Assembly: GCA_050298595.1 (NCBI GenBank)
Contig: JBNKUM010000008.1
Coordinates: 139,017 to 203,016 of the forward strand
Direction of reading: 5' to 3'
Source of the DNA: Gammaproteobacteria bacterium
Lineage (GTDB): Bacteria; Pseudomonadota; Gammaproteobacteria; GCA-001735895
DNA length: 64,000 nucleotides
How positions within the stretch are numbered: position 1 is the stretch's first letter; the number at the start of each line of letters is the position of its first letter. Of the stretch, positions 31,457-42,215 are shown piece by piece. Under the pieces are notes generated by a model that worked only from the letters and a program-made list of their open reading frames with translations, had not been told where the DNA came from and searched no databases. The position numbers and the translations under genes were made by a program.

Positions 31457-34114
31457 TCAAACCGTTACAGGGTTTGGTTTTTCTGCATCAATGTTATATT
31501 TTTTAATCGCCTGTTGGACGACTTTTGTTTCCAGTTCACCTTCATCTGCTAAAGCTTTTAGTGCGGCAACTGTTATGTAATATTTATTTACCTCAAAAAA
31601 TGTTCTCAAATTTGCACGTGTATCACTTCGACCAAAACCATCAGTACCCAGGGTAACGAGTTTCATCGGCACATGTTCACGAATTTGATTGGCGTAGGTT
31701 CGGGTATAGTCAGTAGCAATTACCGCTGGCCCCTTGCGTCCTTCCAGCATTTGTTCGATGTAAGACTTTCTGGCTTTTTTAGTGGGGTGCAACTGGTTCC
31801 AGCGAACCACATCAGTTGCTTCCCGAGCCAGTTCATTAATACTGGTCATACTCCAGATATCAGAATCGATATCAAAATCCTGCTTAAGCAGTTCTGCCGC
31901 AGCTATAACTTCACGTAGAATAGTGCCAGAGCCCATCAATTGAACCTTCTGGCCTTTAAACTGACTCTCCTGCAAACAATACATCCCCTTTATGATGCCC
32001 TCCAGGGCTCCTTCAGGCATGGCAGGGTGGTGGTAGTTTTCATTCATTGCCGTGATGTAATAAAACACATTATCCTGATTTTGATACATGCGTTTCATAC
32101 CCTCATGAATAATGACCGCCATTTCATAAGCATAGGTAGGATCGTAAGAGATACAGTTGGGTATAGTGCCCGCAACGATTAGACTGTGACCGTCCTGATG
32201 CTGTAGACCTTCACCAGCCAGTGTTGTACGACCTGCAGTACCACCAATGAGAAAGCCACGTACCTGCATATCTCCAGCAGCCCAGGCAAGATCGCCAATA
32301 CGCTGAAAGCCAAACATGGAGTAATAGATATAAAAAGGAATCATATTTACACCGTGGGTAAAATACGATGAACCCGCAGCTATCCATGAGGACATAGCAC
32401 CGGCTTCATTAATCCCTTCCTGAAGTATCTGCCCCTTTTTATCCTCACGGTAATACATGACCTGATCCGCATCCATAGGCTTGTATAACTGACCACTATG
32501 AGAATAGATCCCCAGTTGACGAAACATACCTTCCATACCAAAGGTACGTGCTTCATCAGGTACGATCGGTACCACATTCTTACCAATATCTTTACTTCGT
32601 GTCAGCGCTGATAACATACGAACAAAAGCCATCGTAGTTGAAAAATCGCGCTCGCCACTGTCTTTAAGTAAGGCATCAAAAATATCAAGATCAGGGATTT
32701 TCAGTGGTTCTGCCGTATCTTTTCTTACTGGCATATATCCACCTAAAGACTCCCTTCTTTCGCGCATATATTTCATTTCTTCACTGTCTTCAGGGAAGCG
32801 GTAAAAAGGCACTTGTGATATCTGGCTATCGGTAACAGGTATATTGAATCGATCACGGAAGGCCTTAAGTGCTTCCTCACCCATCTTCTTTTGCGAGTGA
32901 GTTACGTTTTGACCTTCACCCGCTTCCCCCATGCCGTATCCCTTAACCGTTTTAGCAAGAATAACCGTAGGCTGATCTTTATGCTCCATTGCTGCCGCAT
33001 ACGCTGCATAAACCTTGTGGGGATCATGACCGCCACGATTCAGGCGCCAGATATCGGTATCCGACATATTAGCAACCATGGCTTTTAATTCTGGATATTT
33101 ACCAAAGAAATGTTCGCGCGTGTAGGCACCACCATGTGCTTTGTATGCCTGGTATTCACCATCAACAGCCTCTTCCATACGCTTTTGCAATAGACCATCT
33201 TTGTCACGATCCAGTAACGCATCCCAGTAACCGCCCCAGATCACCTTCAACACCTTCCAACCAGCACCACGAAAGTTTGCTTCCAGCTCCTGAATAATCT
33301 TGCCATTACCACGTACAGGTCCATCGAGGCGTTGCAGATTACAGTTCACCACAAAAATTAAATTATCCAGTTTTTCGCGTGAAGCTAACGAAATAGCCCC
33401 CAGAGATTCTGGCTCATCCATTTCGCCATCACCCATGAAGGCCCAGATTTTTCGATCAGACGGTTCAAGTAATCCGCGATTTTCCAGGTACTTCATAAAT
33501 CTTGCCTGATAGATCGCCATCAGCGGACCAAGCCCCATGGATACCGTAGGAAACTGCCAGAAATCGCGCATCAACCAGGGGTGAGGGTAAGATGAAAGTC
33601 CATTCTCATTTAAGGCCTCCTGTCGAAAGTTGAGTAATTGTTCTTCGCTAAGACGGCCTTCCAGAAAGGCTCTGGAATAAATACCGGGGGCAGAATGTCC
33701 CTGGAAAAAAATCAGGTCACCCTGACTTTTTTCGTTAGGTGCTTTAAAAAAATGGTTGAAGCCAACATCATACAGCGTGGCAGCAGATGAAAAGCTCGCT
33801 ATATGCCCACCAAGTTCGCTGGTCTTTCGATTGGCCTGCACTACCATAGCCGCCGCGTTCCAACGGATGACCGAACGAATACGGCGTTCAATCGCCATAT
33901 TACCGGGGCTTGGTTTTTGATGTACTACAGGAATGGTGTTCAGGTAAGCAGTATTCGCGCTATAGGGTAGATGAGCACCAGATCGGCGCGCTTTATCGAT
34001 TAACTTTTCCAGTAAAAAATGCGCCCTTTCAGTGCCTTCAAATTGAAGTACCGAATCAAGAGCTTCAATCCACTCCTGCGTTTCCTGTGGATCAGAATCA
34101 TGATTTTCTGTCAT
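31457..34114 (-). CDS. aceE: pyruvate dehydrogenase E1 component (homodimeric type)
   Basis: 885-aa ORF collinear with E. coli AceE and carrying ThDP-binding motifs. It is upstream of aceF-lpdA. Confidence 0.95.
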   Translation of the reverse strand: MTENHDSDPQETQEWIEALDSVLQFEGTERAHFLLEKLIDKARRSGAHLPYSANTAYLNTIPVVHQKPSPGNMAIERRIRSVIRWNAAAMVVQANRKTSELGGHIASFSSAATLYDVGFNHFFKAPNEKSQGDLIFFQGHSAPGIYSRAFLEGRLSEEQLLNFRQEALNENGLSSYPHPWLMRDFWQFPTVSMGLGPLMAIYQARFMKYLENRGLLEPSDRKIWAFMGDGEMDEPESLGAISLASREKLDNLIFVVNCNLQRLDGPVRGNGKIIQELEANFRGAGWKVLKVIWGGYWDALLDRDKDGLLQKRMEEAVDGEYQAYKAHGGAYTREHFFGKYPELKAMVANMSDTDIWRLNRGGHDPHKVYAAYAAAMEHKDQPTVILAKTVKGYGMGEAGEGQNVTHSQKKMGEEALKAFRDRFNIPVTDSQISQVPFYRFPEDSEEMKYMRERRESLGGYMPVRKDTAEPLKIPDLDIFDALLKDSGERDFSTTMAFVRMLSALTRSKDIGKNVVPIVPDEARTFGMEGMFRQLGIYSHSGQLYKPMDADQVMYYREDKKGQILQEGINEAGAMSSWIAAGSSYFTHGVNMIPFYIYYSMFGFQRIGDLAWAAGDMQVRGFLIGGTAGRTTLAGEGLQHQDGHSLIVAGTIPNCISYDPTYAYEMAVIIHEGMKRMYQNQDNVFYYITAMNENYHHPAMPEGALEGIIKGMYCLQESQFKGQKVQLMGSGTILREVIAAAELLKQDFDIDSDIWSMTSINELAREATDVVRWNQLHPTKKARKSYIEQMLEGRKGPAVIATDYTRTYANQIREHVPMKLVTLGTDGFGRSDTRANLRTFFEVNKYYITVAALKALADEGELETKVVQQAIKKYNIDAEKPNPVTV

Positions 34115-34372
34115 TCTATTCTCTCTTATTTATTTTAATATTTTGTAAAGCCCCTTAAATACCTTCAGGGTGCTGGTGCCATATACATCCAGGGTATACA
34201 TGCCCAGGCATTAGATATCTCTATGTCCGACGGGGTCTTTTGAAGTTAAGTTATGTCGTGAAATCAAACAGTAACTCACTCAGGATGGCGGGCATTATAC
34301 GTTATATTTAGAGTTAATCAGCTATTCATGAGATAATAAAAATATATAACCTTAGGACTATCACCTATATTT

Positions 34373-35410
34373 ATGACCTCATTAAAAATCATTCAACCCG
34401 ACGACTGGCATTTACATCTGCGGGACAATTTATCATTGCAATCAGTAGTTAATGACTCTGCCAGACAGTTTGCCAGAGCGATTATCATGCCCAATCTGGT
34501 CCCACCTGTAACCACCTGTGAGCAGGCCTGTGCCTATCGCGAACGCATAATGGCTGCAGTAGATAAAGACCTCAGTTTTGAACCTCTGATGACACTTTAT
34601 CTAACCGATAATACGAGTACTGAAGAAATCCGCCTGGCCAGCGAGTCACCCTTTATTCATGCTGCCAAGCTGTATCCTGCTGGAGCCACCACAAACTCGG
34701 ATGCAGGGGTTACGGGCATCAAGCGAATTTACTCGGTACTGGAAGCCATGCAACAATATGACCTGCCCTTACTCGTGCATGGTGAAGCAACAGCTAACGA
34801 TATTGACATCTTTGACCGGGAAAAAGTCTTTATTGATCAAACCCTGAGTCAACTGCGTCAGGATTTCCCACAGCTTCGTATCGTGTTTGAACACATCACA
34901 ACATCTGATGCTGTGAGTTTTGTGCTAGAGCATAAATCTGCTTACACTGCAGGAACGATCACCGCTCACCATCTTTTGATCAATCGTAATGCCCTTTTTA
35001 AAGGTGGTATGAATCCTCACCATTATTGTCTCCCAGTTGTTAAGCGCGAAACTCACCGACTTGCACTACTAAAAGCAGCCACCCAACATGCTGATCGATT
35101 TTTTTGCGGTACCGACAGCGCGCCCCATGCACAGGGAGCAAAAGAATCAGCCTGTGGTTGTGCCGGCATTTATACCGCACATGCGGCCATAGAGTTATAT
35201 GCCGAAGCATTCGAACAAACCAACGATTTCTCACAGTTTGAAAAATTCATGAGCCTTTCAGGACCTGCTTTTTATCACTTGCCTGTAAATACTCGACAAA
35301 TAACCCTTAATAAACAGGACTGGACCATAGCCAATTCAATCCCTTTTGCGCATCAAACCTTAATCCCCTTTCGCGCCGGACAAACCCTCAGCTGGAAACT
35401 GGAAGCTTAA
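34373..35410 (+). CDS. pyrC: dihydroorotase (class II, E. coli type)
   Basis: 345-aa ORF with DDWHLHLRD metal-binding histidines at the N-terminus. Collinear with E. coli PyrC. Confidence 0.9.
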   Translation: MTSLKIIQPDDWHLHLRDNLSLQSVVNDSARQFARAIIMPNLVPPVTTCEQACAYRERIMAAVDKDLSFEPLMTLYLTDNTSTEEIRLASESPFIHAAKLYPAGATTNSDAGVTGIKRIYSVLEAMQQYDLPLLVHGEATANDIDIFDREKVFIDQTLSQLRQDFPQLRIVFEHITTSDAVSFVLEHKSAYTAGTITAHHLLINRNALFKGGMNPHHYCLPVVKRETHRLALLKAATQHADRFFCGTDSAPHAQGAKESACGCAGIYTAHAAIELYAEAFEQTNDFSQFEKFMSLSGPAFYHLPVNTRQITLNKQDWTIANSIPFAHQTLIPFRAGQTLSWKLEA

Positions 35411-35413
35411 TAG

Positions 35414-36031
35414 ATGACTGAACACACCCTTATGGAAAAACGTTTTCGAGGCTTTTTGCCTGTAGTAGTCGATGTAGAAACCGGCGGGTTCAATGAACAA
35501 ACGGATGCCTTACTGCAGATTGCTGCAGTAATACTGGATATGCGTGAGGATGGCACACTGTACTGTCAGGAAACCCATACCTGTCATGTAACCCCTTTTC
35601 CTGGAGCAAACCTCGACCCCAAATCGATGGAAATCAATGGCATAGACCCCGACCACCCACTACGTATGGCTATGGACGAGAAAATCGCCCTGCCGCATAT
35701 CTTTAAACCCATTCGAGCTGCGCTCAAGCATCAAAATTGCAAAAGGGCTATCCTGGTGGGGCATAACGCCAATTTTGATTTGAAATTCTTCAATATTGCG
35801 GCAGAAAGAACTGGCATAAAGCGTAACCCTTTTCACCCATTCAGCACCTTTGATACCGTCTCTTTAGCGGGACTGGCTTACGGGCAGACCGTTCTTTCTC
35901 GTTCGGTTCAGGCTGCAGGATTAGGCTGGGATAATAGTGAAGCGCATTCAGCAATCTATGATGCAGAAAAAACAGCTGAACTGTTTTGCACCATAGTTAA
36001 TTCGATGCCATTTTTAGCTGCTAAAAACTGA
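35414..36031 (+). CDS. rnt: ribonuclease T (DEDDh 3'-5' exoribonuclease)
   Basis: 205-aa ORF with [14 protein letters not shown] and the HNANFD and YDAE motifs. Close match to E. coli RNase T. Confidence 0.9.
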   Translation: MTEHTLMEKRFRGFLPVVVDVETGGFNEQTDALLQIAAVILDMREDGTLYCQETHTCHVTPFPGANLDPKSMEINGIDPDHPLRMAMDEKIALPHIFKPIRAALKHQNCKRAILVGHNANFDLKFFNIAAERTGIKRNPFHPFSTFDTVSLAGLAYGQTVLSRSVQAAGLGWDNSEAHSAIYDAEKTAELFCTIVNSMPFLAAKN

Positions 36032-36138
36032 AGACAGTGCGTGATTTAGATAACCTGAGCCGCATAAAAGTGCATTTTAACTCTAGAGTATTTTCACCTT
36101 AGTAGTCTATACTCAAAAAAACTCAAAAAAGCCATCTC

Positions 36139-37074
36139 ATGTTACAAAAAGAAGATATTTCCATCATAGTCGTCGACGACCTTCAGTTTAGTTGTGAAGT
36201 CGTCAAATCAGGCCTCAAAAAATCGGGTTACAAAGACATACGTACCGCCAACTCTGCTAATAAAGCGATGCTTTTATTAAACGAAAGGCGTGCCGATGTC
36301 ATACTGGCTGATTTCTGGATGCCTGAAATGAACGGACTTGAATTAACCGATCTGATAAGGCGCTGGGATGGAAAAAATAATCGTTATACCGGTATTATTT
36401 TGCTAACAGCGGAGGATACAACCTCCAGCATAGTGGTTGCTTTCGATCACGGTGTAGATGACTTCATTTCAAAATCAGCCAATCAGTACGAGCTAGCCGC
36501 TCGTGTCTACGGTGCCGGCAGGATTTCCATCACGCATAATAATATCTATAAATTAAACAGCGACCTGACCACACAATATCTAAACCACAACCACCTGAGG
36601 CTGATTGATATGGACACAGGGCTATCAAACTATAAGCAGTTTGAAAGAACCCTGGAGTCAATGATTATTCATTGCGAAACTCGAGGTGGCGGAATCGCTA
36701 TTGGATTGATTCGGGTGGATGTTAATGAAGATGATGAGGCTGAAACCAGGCTTAGACCAGGAACCTTGAGAACTATTTCAAATGCGCTACAGCTGGTACT
36801 CAGGCCAATGGATGAAATAGCGCGTATTGACAGCAATACATTTGCAATTGCTCTGATATACGCTGACCAGAATATGTTCAACACTGATATGTTTAAGCGC
36901 AGTACCTCAAGCATACTCAAAAACACACATATGCTTACCGATCAGGGCAAAAAACTAAAGCTATCTATAGCCTGCTGGAATACAGACGAGTTTGATCCAT
37001 TACCCAGCGTACCCTATGTGCTTGAACAAGCAGAAGCCCTGTTTGCCCCACTGAAACTGGAAAACGAAAGTTAA
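36139..37074 (+). CDS. response regulator with receiver domain fused to a degenerate GGDEF-like domain
   Basis: The N-terminal REC has a DD acid pocket, the phospho-acceptor D in ILADFWMP and K in the FISK context. In the C-terminal domain the GG[DE]EF position reads DSNTF (EIARIDSNTFAIAL), so it is probably not a cyclase. Confidence 0.7.
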   Translation: MLQKEDISIIVVDDLQFSCEVVKSGLKKSGYKDIRTANSANKAMLLLNERRADVILADFWMPEMNGLELTDLIRRWDGKNNRYTGIILLTAEDTTSSIVVAFDHGVDDFISKSANQYELAARVYGAGRISITHNNIYKLNSDLTTQYLNHNHLRLIDMDTGLSNYKQFERTLESMIIHCETRGGGIAIGLIRVDVNEDDEAETRLRPGTLRTISNALQLVLRPMDEIARIDSNTFAIALIYADQNMFNTDMFKRSTSSILKNTHMLTDQGKKLKLSIACWNTDEFDPLPSVPYVLEQAEALFAPLKLENES

Positions 37075-37140
37075 AAAAGCCCCGCATGTGGCAATGCTGT
37101 TCACTTAAGCATTTGAGTTTACATAAGGCTTAATAGAAAA

Positions 37141-37170
37141 TCCGGTGATGGAAACATCATCGGATTTTTT
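37141..37170 (+). promoter_or_regulatory. stem-loop immediately 5' of the transposase-remnant start codon; candidate translational fold-back control typical of IS4-family elements
   Basis: TCCGGTGATG-GAAA-CATCATCGGA followed by TTTTTTATG. The stem overlaps the putative ribosome-binding region. Confidence 0.35.
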
Positions 37171-37731
37171 ATGGCCGTTCAACAAGACCTTCTCAACCTT
37201 AGTGACCTCTTTAACTTCTCAGATATCAGTTCATTGACTCAAAACATCCCCATCAAGTGGGTTGAGTCTGCGCTGCGCTTGAGCGCCAGTACAACGATTA
37301 GGAGGCGTCGGTTGCCATCGGAACAAGTACTTTGGCTTATGTTGGGGATGGCGATGTTTCGAAATGAGCCGGTACATGAAGTTGCCAGGCGTTTAAATAT
37401 ATGCGCGCAAGACCTGGCCTCAGACAGTCTTTTAGCTCAAAGCGGTGTCACTAATGCTCGTAAACGACTCGGCTCAGACCCCGTAGAAGGGTTATTTCGA
37501 CAAACAGGTACGCACTGGGGGAACGAACGTTATCCTGAAGATGAATGGAACGGGTTGAAAGTGATGGCCGCTTCTAACCCGATATCTGGAATGGGTCGAC
37601 GACTGTCGGAGCTGAGGTCTGGTATTGGAAGTTTGTTTTTGGAAAGACGTCCGAGGCCAGCAAAGCCTCGGACGGTAAAGATATCAAAGACCCGATATCC
37701 GGTGGATCGTTATGCTGCTCCGCTTAAGTGA
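37171..37731 (+). CDS. IS4-family transposase remnant: N-terminal DNA-binding region fused in frame to the C-terminal tail, with the DDE catalytic core missing
   Basis: RRRRLPSEQVLWLMLGMAMFRNEPVHEVARRLNI and ARKRLGSDPVEGLFRQTGTHWGN match the IS4 (E. coli) transposase N-terminus. The tail ERRPRPAKPRTVKISKTRYPVDRYAAPLK matches the IS4 C-terminus (TRRERAFPRVVKERPWKYPTAPKK). IS4 is about 440 aa; this ORF is 186 aa. Confidence 0.7.
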   Translation: MAVQQDLLNLSDLFNFSDISSLTQNIPIKWVESALRLSASTTIRRRRLPSEQVLWLMLGMAMFRNEPVHEVARRLNICAQDLASDSLLAQSGVTNARKRLGSDPVEGLFRQTGTHWGNERYPEDEWNGLKVMAASNPISGMGRRLSELRSGIGSLFLERRPRPAKPRTVKISKTRYPVDRYAAPLK

Positions 37732-37780
37732 ACAGCATTGCCCGCATGCGGGGCTTTTTAGAATTGGTAAGGAATTAAGC

Positions 37781-38107
37781 CTAGTCAACCTTTTTGGCCA
37801 CAGCTTCCTTGATTATTTTCTCTAATTCGCCTGACTCTTTCATTTCAAGTGTGATATCGCATCCACCGATCAACTCACCATCAACATACACCTGCGGAAA
37901 GGTAGGCCAGTCTGCATAACGCGGTAAATTCTGGAAAATTTCAGGGTCAGTCAGGACATTCACATAAGCGAATTCAACGCCCAGTGAAACCAGTGCTTCG
38001 GCAGTACGACTGGAAAATCCACACTGTGGTAACTGCGGAGTGCCTTTCATATAAATCACTACCGGATTTGATTCAACCTGTTCTTTAATGCGTTCTAAAA
38101 CGTCCAT
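37781..38107 (-). CDS. grxD: monothiol glutaredoxin (Grx4/GrxD, CGFS type)
   Basis: 108-aa ORF with the CGFS active site and the WPTFPQ and GGCDI motifs. Confidence 0.9.
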   Translation of the reverse strand: MDVLERIKEQVESNPVVIYMKGTPQLPQCGFSSRTAEALVSLGVEFAYVNVLTDPEIFQNLPRYADWPTFPQVYVDGELIGGCDITLEMKESGELEKIIKEAVAKKVD

Positions 38108-38200
38108 CGTGTTACCTCAACAATAACTTACTAAATTAGTCGGGTATTATAGACGCTATTTAAAATAAAAATAAAGCCCTAATCGTTAAAGTTATTCCGA

Positions 38201-39976
38201 TTAATTCGAAAGGTGTGTCTGCAACCAAAATTCAAGAAGTGCGCAATGCCATAACTTACTCCCATTTAGGCGAGTGAAATGCGATTCAGGCTCTGCCAGA
38301 AGCTTATCAATATACTGCCTTGAGAAGATCCCTCGCTCCCGGCTTTGCTGAGAATTCAGGATATCCGCCATAAATTCATAAAAGTCACCTCGCACATATT
38401 TTAGCGCAGGCATGGGGAAGTAGCCTTTGGGGCGATCAATCACGCTATCAGGTAGGATACCTCGCGCAATCTCTTTCAGGATACCTTTGCCCTGATGTAA
38501 TAGTTTCAGCTCAGGAGGACATTGCGCTGCCAGCTCAACCAAATGATGATCCAGAAACGGAACCCTGGCTTCCAGCCCCCAGGCCATCGTCATATTGTCC
38601 ACGCGTTTAACCGGGTCATCTACGATCAACGTGGTCACATCAAAGCGTAGCACGGCATCCATAAAGGTATCCGCATGTTCGCTATTGAGCTCTGCACTGA
38701 CCAGTTCAGAGGTAACGTCCTGGATATGATAGGCAGGATTAACCGTTTCCAGGTATTCCTGATGATCCCGGTCGAAATACCAGGGCGCAAAACGCTGCAA
38801 AGGCGTGCCAGCCTGCGCCAGCATGCGCGAATACCAGAAATAGCCCGCGAATACTTCATCCGCACCCTGCCCGCTCTGTACCACCTTCACCGATTTGGCA
38901 ACCTGCTCCGACAACAGATAAAACGCTACCGCATCCTGCCCGAACATGGGCTCCGACATGTTAGCAACCGCTTCCGGTAATCGTTTAAGTACCTGTTCAT
39001 TTGGAATGAGAAATTTATGATGATCGGTTTGATACATCGCAGCAACAGGGTCAGAGTATTCAAACTCACTACCCTTTTCTTCCGGCTGATCTTCAAAGCC
39101 AATACTGAAGGTTTTGATATCCTGAACACCCGCCTGATCCAGTAGCGCAACCAGTAAACTGGAATCCAGCCCGCCCGAGAGCAATACGCCCACTGGAACA
39201 TCCGCAATAGTCAGACGTTTTCTCACCGACTTTAGCAATGCAAGATGTACCTGCTCGCGCCATTCCCGGTCACTCAGGGCATGCTCAGGACGCACCGCCG
39301 ATAATTCCCAATAGCGTTTAAGGGATAACTGCCCCCTGGCATTCAGATTCATGAAGTGTGCTGGTGGACATTTTCTTGCGCCATTAAATAAGGTACGCGG
39401 CGCTGGAACAACAGCATGCAAGGTATACAGATGATGCAGGGCGACAGCATCAATCTCCGTATCACACATGCCGGTTTCCAGTAACGCCTGAATATTCGAG
39501 GCAAAAAAGAAATGCGTATCGGTTTTCAGGTAATACAGTGGCTTGATTCCCATCCTGTCGCGAGCCAGGAACAAATGCTGAGTCACCCGATTCCATATCG
39601 CAAAAGCGAACATGCCATGTAATTTTTCGACACAGGCCTCTCCCCAATGCGCATAGGCATTTACGATGACTTCGGTATCGCTATGCGAATTAAACCGATA
39701 ACCTTTAACGATCAACTCATCACGCAACTCAGGGTAGTTATAAATCGTGCCATTAAATACAATGGTCAGGTCACCCTGTACACTGGCCATAGGTTGATGC
39801 CCATTGGCTGATAAATCGATTATTGACAGTCGCCTGTGTCCCAGGACAACAGGCCCGTCATAAAATTCACCTCTATCATCTGGTCCGCGCCGTGCGACCT
39901 GTTTCGACATTTTTTCAACAATATCCCTTTCGACGCTCTGATCAGTAAAGCTTAATCCACCAAAAATCCCGCACAT
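38201..39976 (-). CDS. asparagine synthetase (glutamine-hydrolysing) family amidotransferase
   Basis: 591-aa ORF. The N-terminal MCGIFG gives a Cys2 nucleophile Ntn-glutaminase domain. The C-terminal PP-loop synthetase domain carries SGGLDSS. Confidence 0.8.
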   Translation of the reverse strand: MCGIFGGLSFTDQSVERDIVEKMSKQVARRGPDDRGEFYDGPVVLGHRRLSIIDLSANGHQPMASVQGDLTIVFNGTIYNYPELRDELIVKGYRFNSHSDTEVIVNAYAHWGEACVEKLHGMFAFAIWNRVTQHLFLARDRMGIKPLYYLKTDTHFFFASNIQALLETGMCDTEIDAVALHHLYTLHAVVPAPRTLFNGARKCPPAHFMNLNARGQLSLKRYWELSAVRPEHALSDREWREQVHLALLKSVRKRLTIADVPVGVLLSGGLDSSLLVALLDQAGVQDIKTFSIGFEDQPEEKGSEFEYSDPVAAMYQTDHHKFLIPNEQVLKRLPEAVANMSEPMFGQDAVAFYLLSEQVAKSVKVVQSGQGADEVFAGYFWYSRMLAQAGTPLQRFAPWYFDRDHQEYLETVNPAYHIQDVTSELVSAELNSEHADTFMDAVLRFDVTTLIVDDPVKRVDNMTMAWGLEARVPFLDHHLVELAAQCPPELKLLHQGKGILKEIARGILPDSVIDRPKGYFPMPALKYVRGDFYEFMADILNSQQSRERGIFSRQYIDKLLAEPESHFTRLNGSKLWHCALLEFWLQTHLSN

Positions 39977-40284
39977 ATCGCCTCAATTTATGACTCATAA
40001 AAAATCTATTATCCTTAATCGGAGAAAAAAAGCGCGGCTTTTTACGCTAAAACTCTACCCAAAGAAATCCACAAAGTTTACAAAGCACGCCTTGATATAG
40101 AGAACAATAACACTATATAGTTTGCGTTAATCGTCAAATTGTTTTGTGATATAAACATATCGATTCTCAATTATTGCCGACCTCAGACATCTGAAGCTCA
40201 GTAACCAGATGTCAGTCATATTGGCAAAATAAGTATTAAAAATTTAAACCCTACATTCATCTTAACCAAGAAAGAGAGGCTCAT

Positions 40285-40860
40285 ATGGCTTTTACACTAC
40301 CAGAACTACCCTTCGCCAAGGACGCTTTGGCTCCTCATATTTCCGCTGAAACCCTGGAATACCATTACGGTAAACATCACAACGCCTATGTTGTGAACCT
40401 GAATGGCATGATAGACGGCACTGAATTTGCTGATATGTCACTTGAAGACATTATCCTGAAATCCAGCGGTCCGATTTTCAACAACGCTGCCCAGGTTTGG
40501 AACCACACTTTTTACTGGAATTGCCTGAGCCCTAATGGTGGTGGCGAGCCTTCAGGTGCTCTGGCTGACGCTATTAATGCCAAATTTGGGTCATTTGAAG
40601 ACTTCAAGAAAACCTTCAGTGCTGATTGTGTTGGAAATTTCGGCTCTGGCTGGACCTGGCTGGTCAAAAACAATGCAGGCGAACTGGAAATCGTAAAGAC
40701 TTCTAATGCAGGCTGCCCCTTAACTAACGGTGTTACACCTTTGCTAACCTGTGATGTATGGGAACATGCATACTATATCGATTACCGCAACGCTCGCCCT
40801 GACTACGTAGCGGCTTTCTGGAATCTGGTTAACTGGGATTTCGTCGCCAGCAACCTGTAA
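40285..40860 (+). CDS. sodB: Fe/Mn-family superoxide dismutase
   Basis: 191-aa ORF with the motifs HHxKHH and DVWEHAYY. Confidence 0.9.
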   Translation: MAFTLPELPFAKDALAPHISAETLEYHYGKHHNAYVVNLNGMIDGTEFADMSLEDIILKSSGPIFNNAAQVWNHTFYWNCLSPNGGGEPSGALADAINAKFGSFEDFKKTFSADCVGNFGSGWTWLVKNNAGELEIVKTSNAGCPLTNGVTPLLTCDVWEHAYYIDYRNARPDYVAAFWNLVNWDFVASNL

Positions 40861-41033
40861 TCTCGCAGTTTTAGCTATTAGTTTTTACGGGTCTATTCGT
40901 CATGCGATTAGACCCGTAAAACAACAGGAAAATGGCCTTAACCCGCTAAAACCAGCTGTTTTAAGGTATTCCTTACAAAATTCTTGTATTCATTTAAAAA
41001 ATAAGTATTGTTGATCGCTTTTTTGCGGAAAAG

Positions 41034-42212
41034 ATGATGGACAATCACTTGATGTCTACTTATAAGCCACTGCCAGTCACCTTTGAAAGAGGCGACGGTA
41101 TATTCCTCTACGATGACCAGGACCAGCAGTACCTGGATGCGCTCTGTGGCATCTCTGTAACCAGCCTGGGTCATAATCACCCGGCAGTAACTGAGGCCAT
41201 CACACGACAGGCTGCAAAACTTTTACATACTTCCAATCTTTATCACATCAGAAACCAGAAAAAGCTCGCCGACCTGTTATGTGAAGCTTCTGGAATGGAG
41301 CAGGTGTTTTTTGGCAACTCTGGCGCAGAAGCCAATGAAGCTGCGATTAAATTAGCACGCTTATACGGCCACAAAAACGACATTCAAAAACCCGAAATCG
41401 TAGTCATGGAAGGTAGCTTCCACGGGCGTACCATGGCAACACTATCAGCCACCGGCAACCGCAAGGTTCAGGCCGGTTTCGAACCTCTGGTATCAGGTTT
41501 CGTTCGGGCTCCATACAATGACATCGAAGCACTTAAGATTATTGCACAAAATAACCGCAATGTGGTTGCTGTACTGGTTGAGGCGGTGCAGGGAGAAGGC
41601 GGTATCATTATTCCTGACAGCGGTTATCTAAAAGCAATCCGCGCCATCTGCGATGAACATAACTGGCTCATGATGCTGGATGAGATTCAGACAGGCATGG
41701 CCAGAAGTGGGAGAATGTTTGCCTTTCAACACGAAGGCATTACTCCCGATGTAATGACCCTTGCCAAGGCTCTGGGGAATGGAATACCTATCGGTGCCTG
41801 CCTGGCACAGGGTAAGGCCAGCAATGTTTTCCAGCCCGGCAATCATGGTTCAACCTTTGGCGGTAATCCTTTTGCCTGTGAGGTTGGATACACCGTCCTG
41901 CAAACCATGCTACAGCAAAACATTGCCGAAAATGCAAGGTTGCGGGGTGATCAACTAGCCAGTTACCTGAAACAAGAACTCGCCAATCAGGTAGCCATTA
42001 AAGAGATCAGAAATCTCGGTCTTCTTGTAGGCATTACATTGGATCGAGACTGTACCGAACTTGCCAAAATCGCTCTGGATAATCAGTTATTGATCAATAT
42101 CACCGATGGCAGTGTCATCCGACTGTTACCGCCCCTGATCATTAATGAAGCCCAGATTACTGAGCTTGCGGACCGTCTGATCCTGTCCATCAATCAATTT
42201 ATCAATCAGTAA
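41034..42212 (+). CDS. argD: acetylornithine aminotransferase (class III PLP aminotransferase)
   Basis: 392-aa ORF with the PLP-lysine context in DEIQTGMARSG. It is followed at a 4-nt gap by argF. Confidence 0.8.
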   Translation: MMDNHLMSTYKPLPVTFERGDGIFLYDDQDQQYLDALCGISVTSLGHNHPAVTEAITRQAAKLLHTSNLYHIRNQKKLADLLCEASGMEQVFFGNSGAEANEAAIKLARLYGHKNDIQKPEIVVMEGSFHGRTMATLSATGNRKVQAGFEPLVSGFVRAPYNDIEALKIIAQNNRNVVAVLVEAVQGEGGIIIPDSGYLKAIRAICDEHNWLMMLDEIQTGMARSGRMFAFQHEGITPDVMTLAKALGNGIPIGACLAQGKASNVFQPGNHGSTFGGNPFACEVGYTVLQTMLQQNIAENARLRGDQLASYLKQELANQVAIKEIRNLGLLVGITLDRDCTELAKIALDNQLLINITDGSVIRLLPPLIINEAQITELADRLILSINQFINQ

Positions 42213-42215
42213 GTT

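Larger units (their letters stand above)
37074..37759 (+). mobile_element. internally deleted IS4-family insertion sequence (about 686 bp) with roughly 36-bp imperfect terminal inverted repeats
   Basis: Left IR AAAAAGCCCCGCATGTGGCAATGCTGTTCACTTAAG (37074-37109). Right IR is the reverse complement of CTTAAGTGAACAGCATTGCCCGCATGCGGGGCTTTTT (37723-37759). They differ by 1 mismatch and 1 indel. Each IR carries a GC palindrome plus an A/T run, forming an outward-facing terminator. Confidence 0.7.

Noticed and set aside
40881-40922. Long hairpin (GTTTTTACGGGTCTA ... TAGACCCGTAAAAC) after sodB as a terminator
   Set aside because: There is no U-tract on the sodB strand; the T-run is on the 5' side. 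It may act on the opposite strand or be a structural element, so it is noted but not called.
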